DNA from: Thermoanaerobaculia bacterium | GTDB lineage: Bacteria > Acidobacteriota > Thermoanaerobaculia > Gp7-AA8 | Length of the DNA stretch: 63,568 nt | NCBI GenBank assembly: GCA_046594105.1 | Contig: JBKJQB010000024.1 | Coordinates: 1 to 63,568 of the forward strand | Reading direction: 5' to 3' | Shown: positions 8,041 to 16,808 of the stretch, piece by piece | Layout: each line of letters begins with the position of its first letter | Position numbering within the stretch: the stretch's first letter is position 1 | Notes under the pieces: generated by a model | What the model saw: the letters and a program-made list of their open reading frames with translations, nothing else | Told to the model about the DNA's origin: nothing | Databases searched by the model: none | Program-made: the position numbers and the translations under genes

Positions 8041-10545
8041 TCAGGAGCTCGCCTTCAGAAACTCTGCTGGCACCATCGATTCGAAATCCTCTTTCTTCAG
8101 CGCAGCCATGTACGCAGTCTCGCCGCTGATCTCGCCGCGCTTGACCAGATCGCGCAGCGCCTCGTCGAAGGTCTGCATGCCCAGGCTCTTGCCGATCTGC
8201 ATGGCCGAATAGATCTGGTAGGTCTTCTCGTCCCGGATCATGTTGGCGATGTTGGGCGTGCCTTTGAGCACTTCGAAGACCGCCACCTGCTTCCGTCCCT
8301 GCTTCGCCGGCAGCAGGCGCTGGGCGATGATGTATTTCAGCGACTCGGAGAGCGAAGCGCGGATCTGCGGCTGCTGATCGATGGTGAAGCTGGAGATGAT
8401 GCGGTCGATGGCTTTGGGGGCGCTGGTGGAGCTGAGGGTGCCCAGCACGATGTGACCGGTCTCCGCCGCCGTGAGGGCGAGCAACACCGATTCGTTGTCG
8501 CGCAGCTCCCCGATCACGATCACGTCGGGATCTTCGCGGAGAGCTGCTCGCAGGGCGCGGGCGAACGACTGGGTGTGCGATCCGATCTCCCGCTGGTTGA
8601 TCAGCGAATTTTTGAACGGATGCACGAACTCCACGGGATCTTCCATCGTCAGCACGTGCGCGTTGTGGGTTTCGTTGAACAGGTTGACGAACGCCGCCAG
8701 CGTGGTCGACTTCCCGGAGCCGGCAGGCCCGCAGATGATCACCAGCCCCTGGTGGTAGTCGGCGATCTCGGAGAGCTGCGCCGGCAATCCCAGCTCGTAA
8801 ACCGTCGGAGGCTTCTCCGCGATCACCCGGAACACCGCGTTATAGCCTTTGTGATCGAGGAAGACGTTCGCTCGATAACGGCCACCCTGCGGGATGTAGT
8901 ACGAGAAGTCGATCTGCCGCTTGGTCTGCAGCGTCTCCCATTGCGGTGCGGTCAGGATCTCCTTGATCATGGCCTCGGTCTGCGGTGCGGTCAGCGGCTC
9001 CGCCTGCGCCCGGATCAGATCGGCCGCCATGCGGATGATCGGCGGCTGGCCCACCGACAGATGGAAATCCGATCCGCCCTGATTGCGCGTGGCGATCAGG
9101 TAGCTGTTCAGTTGCGGCCCGCCCGCGGTTGCCTGCGCCACCAGCGCCGCAGCCCGGATCGCGCTGAGATCGGCCGTCGGGCCCTTCGATTTTTTCGCCG
9201 CGGCGTCGATCAGATCGAGAACACGAGTCTTCACGTTCCGATCGGGATCGTTGGTGGCCATCTGCGTGAGCGCCGTCAGCACCTGTGTATGAGGCATCAG
9301 GTGCAGCGCCTCGGCCACGGCGATGCGCACCTCCGCCTTCGGATCTCCCAGCAGCCGCCCCAGAGCGGGAAGCGCGCGCATATCCCCGATCTTGCCCAGC
9401 GCCTCAACCGCCGACCATTTCGCCTCGGGATCAGCCAGCGCTTCAACCAACGCGTCCACCGCACGCGGATCCTTCAGATTGCCGAGCGTGTCTGCAGCGG
9501 CCAGACGGATCCACCAGTCGTCATCCTTGAGCAAAGGGATCGTGGCCGGGACGATTCGCGGATCGTCGAACGCTCCGGCGACGGCCACCGCAGCCGAGCG
9601 GATTTCCGGATCGGCGTCCGAGAGCAACGCAATCACCGGCTCGATCAAGGCGGCGCCGAAGACTCTGAGGGACTCCAGCGCGCGCTCGCGCACGAAGCCG
9701 GCCAGCGTTTTGGAAAACTCGAGGTAGCGGCGGATGACCGGATCAGGGTCGCCCAGCCCCATCAGGATCTTCACCACCGTGGTGCGGATTCCCGCATCGC
9801 CCGAGGCGATCAAGGGCAGGAGTTGATCCACGATCTGCGGACCGGCCTGCGCTCCCAGCCGGGTCAGCCCGGCAATGATGGCCTGCTGCAGCGCGTACGA
9901 GGCGGTGGGGAGTTGGGCGACGAGGATTCCGGCGGAGGAGGGCGTGACGTTCGCGGCCAGCACCTCCAGCGACTTCTCCCGGATGAGAGGATCTTCATCT
10001 TTTGCCAGTTTCTGCCAACGGGCGATGGCCTTCTCGTCGATGGGCAGCGGAACCAGTTTCGCGATGTAGGCCAGTCGCTCTTCTGCCATGCCTGCGTCGG
10101 CCAGCTCCCAGAGGATCGGCTCCATCTGCTTGTTCACCGGCGCTTCCAGAAGGATCTTGCGGGCGATGCCCTGCATCTCCCGGATCGCCGGCGTGGACTT
10201 CTCCTCGAACTTCAGAACGGTGTCGGCCAGCCGGCGCTCCAGACCGGGCAGACCGAGCGCGAAGAGGAAGGGCACCGCGCCTCGCATGGCCACATCCGGC
10301 TTCCCTCTCGCTTCCCCGAGAAAGAGATCGACGGTCTCCGGGTCGCGCAGACGCTGCACCAGTTTGGCTCCCGCGTCGCGCACCGGACGGTCGGGTCGGA
10401 ACAGCATCCACATGACGTCGCGCGCCTTCAGTCCTTCCGCGGTGCTCAGCTGCGTGAGCATCGCGTCTCGTTCTTCCACTGAGCCGAAGCCGCGGTCCGC
10501 CGCCTTTTTCAAAGCTTCGCGGAGATCCGATCCGAACATTGCCAT
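8041..10545 (-). CDS. HEAT-repeat / PilT-ATPase fusion protein (834 aa)
   Basis: About 480 aa of HEAT/PBS-lyase-like helical repeats (e.g. DDDWWIRLAAADTLGNLKDPRAVDALVEAL), then a PilT domain (GPAGSGKST, TMEDPVE, PDVIVIGELRD). Start reassigned to ATG 10545. Confidence 0.88.
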   Translation of the reverse strand: MAMFGSDLREALKKAADRGFGSVEERDAMLTQLSTAEGLKARDVMWMLFRPDRPVRDAGAKLVQRLRDPETVDLFLGEARGKPDVAMRGAVPFLFALGLPGLERRLADTVLKFEEKSTPAIREMQGIARKILLEAPVNKQMEPILWELADAGMAEERLAYIAKLVPLPIDEKAIARWQKLAKDEDPLIREKSLEVLAANVTPSSAGILVAQLPTASYALQQAIIAGLTRLGAQAGPQIVDQLLPLIASGDAGIRTTVVKILMGLGDPDPVIRRYLEFSKTLAGFVRERALESLRVFGAALIEPVIALLSDADPEIRSAAVAVAGAFDDPRIVPATIPLLKDDDWWIRLAAADTLGNLKDPRAVDALVEALADPEAKWSAVEALGKIGDMRALPALGRLLGDPKAEVRIAVAEALHLMPHTQVLTALTQMATNDPDRNVKTRVLDLIDAAAKKSKGPTADLSAIRAAALVAQATAGGPQLNSYLIATRNQGGSDFHLSVGQPPIIRMAADLIRAQAEPLTAPQTEAMIKEILTAPQWETLQTKRQIDFSYYIPQGGRYRANVFLDHKGYNAVFRVIAEKPPTVYELGLPAQLSEIADYHQGLVIICGPAGSGKSTTLAAFVNLFNETHNAHVLTMEDPVEFVHPFKNSLINQREIGSHTQSFARALRAALREDPDVIVIGELRDNESVLLALTAAETGHIVLGTLSSTSAPKAIDRIISSFTIDQQPQIRASLSESLKYIIAQRLLPAKQGRKQVAVFEVLKGTPNIANMIRDEKTYQIYSAMQIGKSLGMQTFDEALRDLVKRGEISGETAYMAALKKEDFESMVPAEFLKASS

Positions 10546-10629
10546 GAAGGGACGGAGTATACGGTCTCTCTCCTGATCAAGGCGATGGTGTCCACCCGCG
10601 GGCCAACCCGTTTGGCCTACACTTTCGCG

Positions 10630-12339
10630 GTGGAGACTTCGGTTCAGGCACCGCTGACACGGATCGGATTCCGTCGCGACGTGCGACTGTTTCTCACCGG
10701 CCTGGTCGGCTTCCTGGTGGTCCTCATCTTCACGCTGCTGCTCCTGCTGCGGGCCAATCTGTCGAGCAGGGAGGAGTCCCTCCATCGCTCTCAGCAGATG
10801 ATTGCGGACGTGGCCGCGGAGAGCGTCAACCGCACCTCGGCCGGCCTCTCCGACCAGGGAGCGCAGCTACTCTTTCTGCGGGGACGGTTTGGAATCGCCG
10901 GCCTGGAAATCGTCCGCCGCGATGGAGGCCGGGTGGTGTCCGGCGCGCGGAGCGGCCAGTTTGACGAGGTGACCCGGCTGGTCGGGCCGGGCACGCTGCT
11001 GCTGCGCTTCGACTCCAGCCAGCGCCGCGAGGCTCACCGCGACTTTCTACTCACCGCCGCCATCTGCATCGCCGCGGCCAGCCTCGGTGCGAGCCTGCTC
11101 CTCTTCTATCTACCGCGCATCACCCGTCCCATCGAGGCCATGCTCGATCATGCCCGCGAGCTCGGCGCCCCGGGCGATCAGGAGGAGACGGCCTATCTCA
11201 TCGATACCTTCCGCAACTCGATTGCCACGCTGAAGACGCAGGAGGCCGAGCTCAAGCAACTCCACGATCGCGAGAAGACCCGCGCGGATGATCTGGAGCG
11301 GGTTACCGCTGCGCTCACCCGGAGCCTGACCTCCGGACTGATCGCCGTCGATGCCGATGGGTTCATTCTGGAGATGAATTCTGCGGGACGCGAAATCCTT
11401 CGCATCGACCCAGCGGCCCTGGTGAACGGAGGGAGGCTGGAGACCATCGTTCCCCTGACGCGTTTCCGGGGAGCGCTTGAGGATTCTTTCCGCGAACAGA
11501 GCGCGGTCAGTCGCATCGAGATCGAGGACGTGCATTCCGACGGCGACGCGGTCAGCATCGGCCTGACCACCGTCCCACTGCGCAACGAGTTTGAGACATT
11601 CCTCGGCTTTCTCGCGCTGTTCACCGACCTCACGCCGATTCGCAGTCTGGAGAGCCGCGTTCAGGACATGACCACGCTGGCCCAGCTCGGCGAGATCTCG
11701 GCGGGCATCGCGCACGAGTTCCGCAGCTCGCTCTCCACGATTCTCGGCTACACCCGACTGGCCCGGAAGGGAGGAGTGGGCGAGGTCGCCGAAGGCCGGC
11801 TGGCCAGCGCCGAGAAGGAGGCATCGCTGCTTCTGCAGGCCATCGAACGGTTGCTGGCCTTCGCGCGGCCCGTCCAGCTGCAGACGGAACCGCTCGACCT
11901 TCGAGAGCTCGTCAGCGAGCAGGTGCGCCAGTTCCACGAAATGGCTCCCGACGTCCCGGTGACCCTCTCCGGTCCTTCCGTAATGATCGACGGCGATCGC
12001 GTGCTGCTCAATCGAGCGGTGGAGAATCTGCTGCGCAATGCCGTCGATGCGGTGCGGGAAAAAGCCGACGGCGGCGGCGTTCAGGTGGCCATCTCGGAAA
12101 AACCAGTGCCCACACTGACCATCACCGATCAGGGAGTGGGCTTCGATCCATCGGAGACCGCGCGCCTTTTCCTTCCCTTCCAGTCGAACAAGCCGAATGG
12201 ATTCGGGATGGGGCTGCCCCTGGCGAAGAAGATCGTGCTGGTCCACGGCGGATCGATCCGCCTGCAGGGCCGCCCGGGCGAGGGCAGCGTCGCCGTGGTG
12301 GAGTTCGCCCCGGCTGCGCCAGCGTCCCCCACGGCGTGA
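10630..12339 (+). CDS. PAS-domain sensor histidine kinase, PilS/NtrB-like
   Basis: Two TM segments, PAS-like region, H-box IAHEFRS, N-box ENLLRNA, DQGVG, GFGMGL. GTG 10630 chosen because TACACT lies 6 nt upstream; the alternative is ATG 10585. Confidence 0.88.
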   Translation: METSVQAPLTRIGFRRDVRLFLTGLVGFLVVLIFTLLLLLRANLSSREESLHRSQQMIADVAAESVNRTSAGLSDQGAQLLFLRGRFGIAGLEIVRRDGGRVVSGARSGQFDEVTRLVGPGTLLLRFDSSQRREAHRDFLLTAAICIAAASLGASLLLFYLPRITRPIEAMLDHARELGAPGDQEETAYLIDTFRNSIATLKTQEAELKQLHDREKTRADDLERVTAALTRSLTSGLIAVDADGFILEMNSAGREILRIDPAALVNGGRLETIVPLTRFRGALEDSFREQSAVSRIEIEDVHSDGDAVSIGLTTVPLRNEFETFLGFLALFTDLTPIRSLESRVQDMTTLAQLGEISAGIAHEFRSSLSTILGYTRLARKGGVGEVAEGRLASAEKEASLLLQAIERLLAFARPVQLQTEPLDLRELVSEQVRQFHEMAPDVPVTLSGPSVMIDGDRVLLNRAVENLLRNAVDAVREKADGGGVQVAISEKPVPTLTITDQGVGFDPSETARLFLPFQSNKPNGFGMGLPLAKKIVLVHGGSIRLQGRPGEGSVAVVEFAPAAPASPTA

Positions 12340-12348
12340 GCGCTTCTC

Positions 12349-12367
12349 GTGTTACTTTTTGTAACAC
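12349..12367. promoter_or_regulatory. Palindromic operator/enhancer candidate upstream of the minor-pilin operon
   Basis: Perfect inverted repeat GTGTTAC-TTTTT-GTAACAC. Confidence 0.5.
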
Positions 12368-12404
12368 ATTGAGCGGCCTCTTCCAGTCACGAATTACCTC
12401 GTGC

Positions 12405-12433
12405 TTGACGTAAACTGTTGCAAGCCATGTAGT
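12405..12433 (+). promoter_or_regulatory. Sigma70-type promoter candidate
   Basis: TTGACG-N17-TGTAGT. Confidence 0.5.
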
Positions 12434-12452
12434 TGAAGGGCCACGCGTCGAG

Positions 12453-12468
12453 TGGCACCTGCGTCGCA
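12453..12468 (+). promoter_or_regulatory. Sigma54 -24/-12 promoter candidate
   Basis: TGGCAC-CTGCG-TCGCA: GG-N10-GC spacing is intact, one mismatch to TGGCAC-N5-TTGCW. The predicted start site would fall close to the ATG. Confidence 0.45.
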
Positions 12469-12483
12469 AAAGGGAGCATCCTC

Positions 12484-13059
12484 ATGAACAAGCAAGATGG
12501 TCGTTCGGAAGGCGGATACAGCATCGCAGAGTTGTTGACGGTGGTGGCCATCGTCGGCGTTCTCTCGCTGGTGACCGTGCCCTCCTTCATCGGTTACTTC
12601 AATTCCAACAAGGTGAAGGCGGCCATGCGCACCTTCAGCTCTGACCTGCGCACCGCGCGGTCCACCGCGATCAGCCAGAGCCGGGAAGTCAAACTCACGT
12701 ACAAGACCGGGACGAAACAACGGGCCTACGACCTGTATCTGGGCGACCGGGCCTTCGGGACCGTTCCCTCGGCGAACTGGACCCGCCTGACCGGACCAGG
12801 TTCCAACCCTCCAAAGCCCAGCAAGATCCTCGACGATGTCGTCTATTTCCCAGCGGACAGCGTGACCACGCCGCAGACGTTCACCGACCTGGATACCACT
12901 GCGGACGGCTGGCTGGACGTCATCTTCTTTCCTGATGGACATGCCCAGCTTCCGACGGCGGCAACCTCCGGGACCATCACCATCAAGACGGACATGAACG
13001 TGCCGAAGTCTTCCTACGCAATCACCATCAGCCCCAGTGGACGCGTTCTGGCGCAATGA
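12484..13059 (+). CDS. Minor pilin, FimT/FimU/GspH-like
   Basis: Class III signal GG|YSIAELLTVVAIVGVL; LRTARSTAISQ and ITISPSGRV are FimT-like motifs. Confidence 0.85.
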   Translation: MNKQDGRSEGGYSIAELLTVVAIVGVLSLVTVPSFIGYFNSNKVKAAMRTFSSDLRTARSTAISQSREVKLTYKTGTKQRAYDLYLGDRAFGTVPSANWTRLTGPGSNPPKPSKILDDVVYFPADSVTTPQTFTDLDTTADGWLDVIFFPDGHAQLPTAATSGTITIKTDMNVPKSSYAITISPSGRVLAQ

Positions 13060-13679
13060 GCCGGAGCAGCGAGGAAATGATGAAGAGACGAGAAGCGAGC
13101 GGCTACAGCCTGATCGAAGTCCTGATCGCCATCGCCATCACCAGCGTGGTGCTGCTGACGGTGATCACCCTGTTCTACATGGGGCGGCGCAACGTCTACA
13201 GCGGCAAGCAGCAGACCATCGCCGTCGCCTCGGGCACCCAGATTCTGGAAGACCTCTCCACCATGACAGCGCAGGATCTGGGATCCAACTTCAACATCAA
13301 TGACGGCACGGCGCTCAGCACGGTCACGCTGCAGGGAGTGGCGGATGGCGTGAACGGGCAGCTGGCCTTCACCAACAGCGTCGGCCGTGACTCCAGCAAC
13401 TGTACCGTCGCTTCGACGACCCCGTACGCCATCACCTGCACGGACGATCCGAACGGGTACATGACCAAATGGCTGCGATTGTTGTCGCCCGCCGGAGACC
13501 GGAACGAAGTGCTCACCAACCCGGTGGTCGGCCTCGTCTTGCGGCCCCGCAATCCCACCGATAACGCCAAGGCATTCAGCACCGCCCGGTTCATCCGGGC
13601 ACGCGTCTATGTCTCGTGGGAAGAAGCACAGAATCGTCGCCGCTACGCGTTCTTCGACACCACGAAAGTGAACCGGTAG
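13056..13679 (+). CDS. Minor pilin, PilV-like
   Basis: SG|YSLIEVLIAIAI prepilin motif; second position in the operon. Confidence 0.8.
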   Translation: MSRSSEEMMKRREASGYSLIEVLIAIAITSVVLLTVITLFYMGRRNVYSGKQQTIAVASGTQILEDLSTMTAQDLGSNFNINDGTALSTVTLQGVADGVNGQLAFTNSVGRDSSNCTVASTTPYAITCTDDPNGYMTKWLRLLSPAGDRNEVLTNPVVGLVLRPRNPTDNAKAFSTARFIRARVYVSWEEAQNRRRYAFFDTTKVNR

Positions 13680-13691
13680 CCAGGAGCAGCC

Positions 13692-16600
13692 ATGAAACCA
13701 ACCGCGCGTCACCAGCAACGGGGATTCACACTCGCAGAGATCCTGGTCACCACGGCGATCTTCGCCGTCATCATGATCGCCGCCCTTTCGGTCTACGACC
13801 AGAGCAACCGTGTGTTCAAGTCGGGAACCGAGTCGGCGGACATGCAGCAGAGCACACGGATCGGCTTCGACAAGCTGGTGGCCGATCTGCGCATGGCCGG
13901 CTTCGACTACAACCGCGGCGGCACTCCCACGAAGACCGGGGAATTTCCGCAACAGGACGAGCAGATCGAATACGCCGGCCCCACCGCGGTGGCCTTCCGG
14001 GGGAATTTCAATTACAACACCGCCTCGTCAAACGGAAACGGGCTGGAACCAACCTTCACTCCGAAGGATCCCACCACCAACGCGGCGATCTTCCCCTTCG
14101 TCACCACCAGCGATGACGAGATCGTCGCCTACGTCACCCGTTCCGCGGACAACACCCAGAACACCGGGTCCATCTCGTTCTACGTGGACGCCGGGAAACC
14201 CCGCAATGTGTATCCCGGCGGTGCCGCGGAAGCGCTGATCACCATCAGCAGCGCTCTCTGCGCCACCTGCGGCGTCGACACCAGCAATGCCAACCCTCCT
14301 TACACGCTGTATCGAATGACCCTGAACGACTACAAGAACCGGCAACCGGGAACGCCGATCGCCGAGAACATCCGCAGCCTCAACTTCTTCTACTACACCG
14401 ACGCGAATGGCCAGACGGTGCTCAAGAACAACGATGCCACGGACATCACCGCGACCCGGAATGCCGATGGCTCCACCGTCCCGGCCACGGCCTCGGTCAC
14501 CATTTTGAATTCCGACGGCACCACGTCGACCACCACCTCGAACACCGGGGCCATCGGAGGGGCGGGACAATACGACCCGGCCAGCCCCGGCACAGCGGCG
14601 AATTTCGTCGACCGGCAGCAGCGCACCACCATCCAGTCGGTGCGCGTGAATGTGATCGGCATGAATGCCAACCCGGAGCCGGGCTATACCCAACGCACCG
14701 AGTCCATCGCCCGCATCAAAAACTACCGGCAATACGCGCTGTCCGCCTTGATCGTGCCCCGGAACCTCGGACTGACCGGGTTCCCCGAGCCCAGCAACTC
14801 CGCGCCTTCGGTTCCGGTGATCACCGGCATCTGCACCGCGCACTGCGCCGCACCCGTCCTCTGCTGGGCCGCCCCGACCGGGGGCGGACCGGTCGATCAG
14901 TACCGCATCGAATGGGACAGCGTGGCCACAGGCTCCTTCCCCAACTCGCTCATCGTGACCGATCCCACCGTCACCACCGCGATCATCCGCGACAACGGCA
15001 TCATGGATCCGTCGATCACCTGGTATTACCGCATCTTCGCGCAGAACGACAACGGTTCGAGCCCGCCGCAAAACCCCACGCCGGCCCAGCCGAAGAACTC
15101 CACCCGGCCCCTGCCGCCCGCGCCCGGCACCATCACCACAAGCAACGCCGTGAATTACGCGGTGACCGTGGGATGGGTGGCCCCCTCCAACAACGACCCT
15201 GCCAAGGCCACCATGAACTGCACCGGGGCCGGCTGCAGCACCGATCCCAGCACCATCCCATCGCAGGAGATCATCAAGTACCGCGTGTATCGCGGGCTCA
15301 CTGCGACGTTTGATCCCACCAACCCTGCCGAGAGCTCCAAAGTCCTGGCCGCTACCACCGGTGTCCAGCCGACATCCGCAGGCCCCGGGTCGCCGATCTC
15401 CTGGGCAGATTCGCCGAGCACCTCGGCCTTCCCCTCTGGAACCTGCGTGGATTACTACTACCGGGTGCAGGCGGTGGATCGCTGCTTCTCCAGCAACAAC
15501 TACAACACCAGCGGCGACCTGAACGATTCGATCAGCACGATTTCACCGCCTCTCGGTTCGAATGCGATTCTGGGCCGGACGAACGACCTCTCCACGGCCA
15601 AAGCGCTGGGGCCGGTGAATCTGAAAGTGAGCAGCGCCACCTCTGCCTGCCCAGCACCCGCATCGCTCAACTGCAAGGTAGATTTGAGCTGGTCCAAGGT
15701 GACCGCCGACAATGCCGGCAACGCCATCGGCGTCGATAAGTACCGCCTGACCCGTTACCGAAAGAAGTATCTCGATCCTGGATTCGTACTCGACACCACG
15801 TTCAATCTCACCGGCTCGCTGGACATGCCTGGTTACTCGCAGAGCGGCACTGGCCTGGTTGGAAAAACCGACACGACCGGCCCCGCCATCGACACGGCAG
15901 ACGGCGCTCCCTGGTACTACCAATATACGGTCACCGCGAACGACTGCCGGCTGGGTCTTCCCTCCAATACGGCGGACTTCCCGACGTTGTGCGCGGGCAC
16001 TCCCTCCACAGTCAGCCAGGTCGGCGCTTCGGGCGGAGGCTCCGGTGACACCGTGGCCCAGGCCTGGGTCATGAATAGTGGGGACCTTCTCCGCATCACC
16101 GCTGCTGCGGGGTTGACCATCGCGAACGTCAAATACGATGTGTTCGCCTATCCCTCCGGTACGGTTGCGGACTCGGTGACCACAACAGCCTCACCGACCT
16201 TCCCCTACGTCTGGTCCGACCGCACCGACAACCAGATCTACCAGATCCGGATCGCCATCACCGACTCCACTGGCTGCACCGAGGTCCATGTGAAGTATGT
16301 GAAGGACGAGCAGGCTGCGCCCTGCGCGTTCGGCAACGTGGCCCTCACGGCATTCACCAGCACAACCTCCGGCCCGACCCGGTCGCTTTTCGAAACCTAC
16401 ACGGTGACGAACGTAGCCACGGAGGCACTGACCTTCAGCGCGAAGCCGATCAAAGTCACATGGGCTATCCCGGCCGGCTTCGCCGCCAGCCACAGCGACA
16501 TGACTCTCGATGACATCACCTACTCACTGGGTGGCTCCGACGGAGGCGCCAATTCGGGCCCCGGAACGGTCACCCGGTCAATCCCGGCCGCAGCGATCCT

Positions 16601-16796
16601 CTCTGCGAGTTCGTCGATGACGGTCCGGCTGCACTGGACTTTCAGAAAGAACGACGACAACCCCACAACCCTGGCCGGTCAACCGCTCTCGAAGATCTGC
16701 CTCGACTACACCATCCTCAGTGAGCCAGGCATCACCAAACACTGCAACCTGGTCGGGCAGAGCGCCAGCACCACCAACCCGACTTCGTGCGATTAG
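13692..16796 (+). CDS. Giant PilW-like minor pilin with fibronectin-III-like and Cys-rich beta domains (1034 aa)
   Basis: RG|FTLAEILVTT, PilW-like QQSTRIGFDKLVADLRMAG, then three FN3-like signatures (W..P...Y.(I/V)...YYY.V.A) and many Cys pairs. Confidence 0.8.
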   Translation: MKPTARHQQRGFTLAEILVTTAIFAVIMIAALSVYDQSNRVFKSGTESADMQQSTRIGFDKLVADLRMAGFDYNRGGTPTKTGEFPQQDEQIEYAGPTAVAFRGNFNYNTASSNGNGLEPTFTPKDPTTNAAIFPFVTTSDDEIVAYVTRSADNTQNTGSISFYVDAGKPRNVYPGGAAEALITISSALCATCGVDTSNANPPYTLYRMTLNDYKNRQPGTPIAENIRSLNFFYYTDANGQTVLKNNDATDITATRNADGSTVPATASVTILNSDGTTSTTTSNTGAIGGAGQYDPASPGTAANFVDRQQRTTIQSVRVNVIGMNANPEPGYTQRTESIARIKNYRQYALSALIVPRNLGLTGFPEPSNSAPSVPVITGICTAHCAAPVLCWAAPTGGGPVDQYRIEWDSVATGSFPNSLIVTDPTVTTAIIRDNGIMDPSITWYYRIFAQNDNGSSPPQNPTPAQPKNSTRPLPPAPGTITTSNAVNYAVTVGWVAPSNNDPAKATMNCTGAGCSTDPSTIPSQEIIKYRVYRGLTATFDPTNPAESSKVLAATTGVQPTSAGPGSPISWADSPSTSAFPSGTCVDYYYRVQAVDRCFSSNNYNTSGDLNDSISTISPPLGSNAILGRTNDLSTAKALGPVNLKVSSATSACPAPASLNCKVDLSWSKVTADNAGNAIGVDKYRLTRYRKKYLDPGFVLDTTFNLTGSLDMPGYSQSGTGLVGKTDTTGPAIDTADGAPWYYQYTVTANDCRLGLPSNTADFPTLCAGTPSTVSQVGASGGGSGDTVAQAWVMNSGDLLRITAAAGLTIANVKYDVFAYPSGTVADSVTTTASPTFPYVWSDRTDNQIYQIRIAITDSTGCTEVHVKYVKDEQAAPCAFGNVALTAFTSTTSGPTRSLFETYTVTNVATEALTFSAKPIKVTWAIPAGFAASHSDMTLDDITYSLGGSDGGANSGPGTVTRSIPAAAILSASSSMTVRLHWTFRKNDDNPTTLAGQPLSKICLDYTILSEPGITKHCNLVGQSASTTNPTSCD

Positions 16797-16808
16797 GAGT
16801 AGACGACA

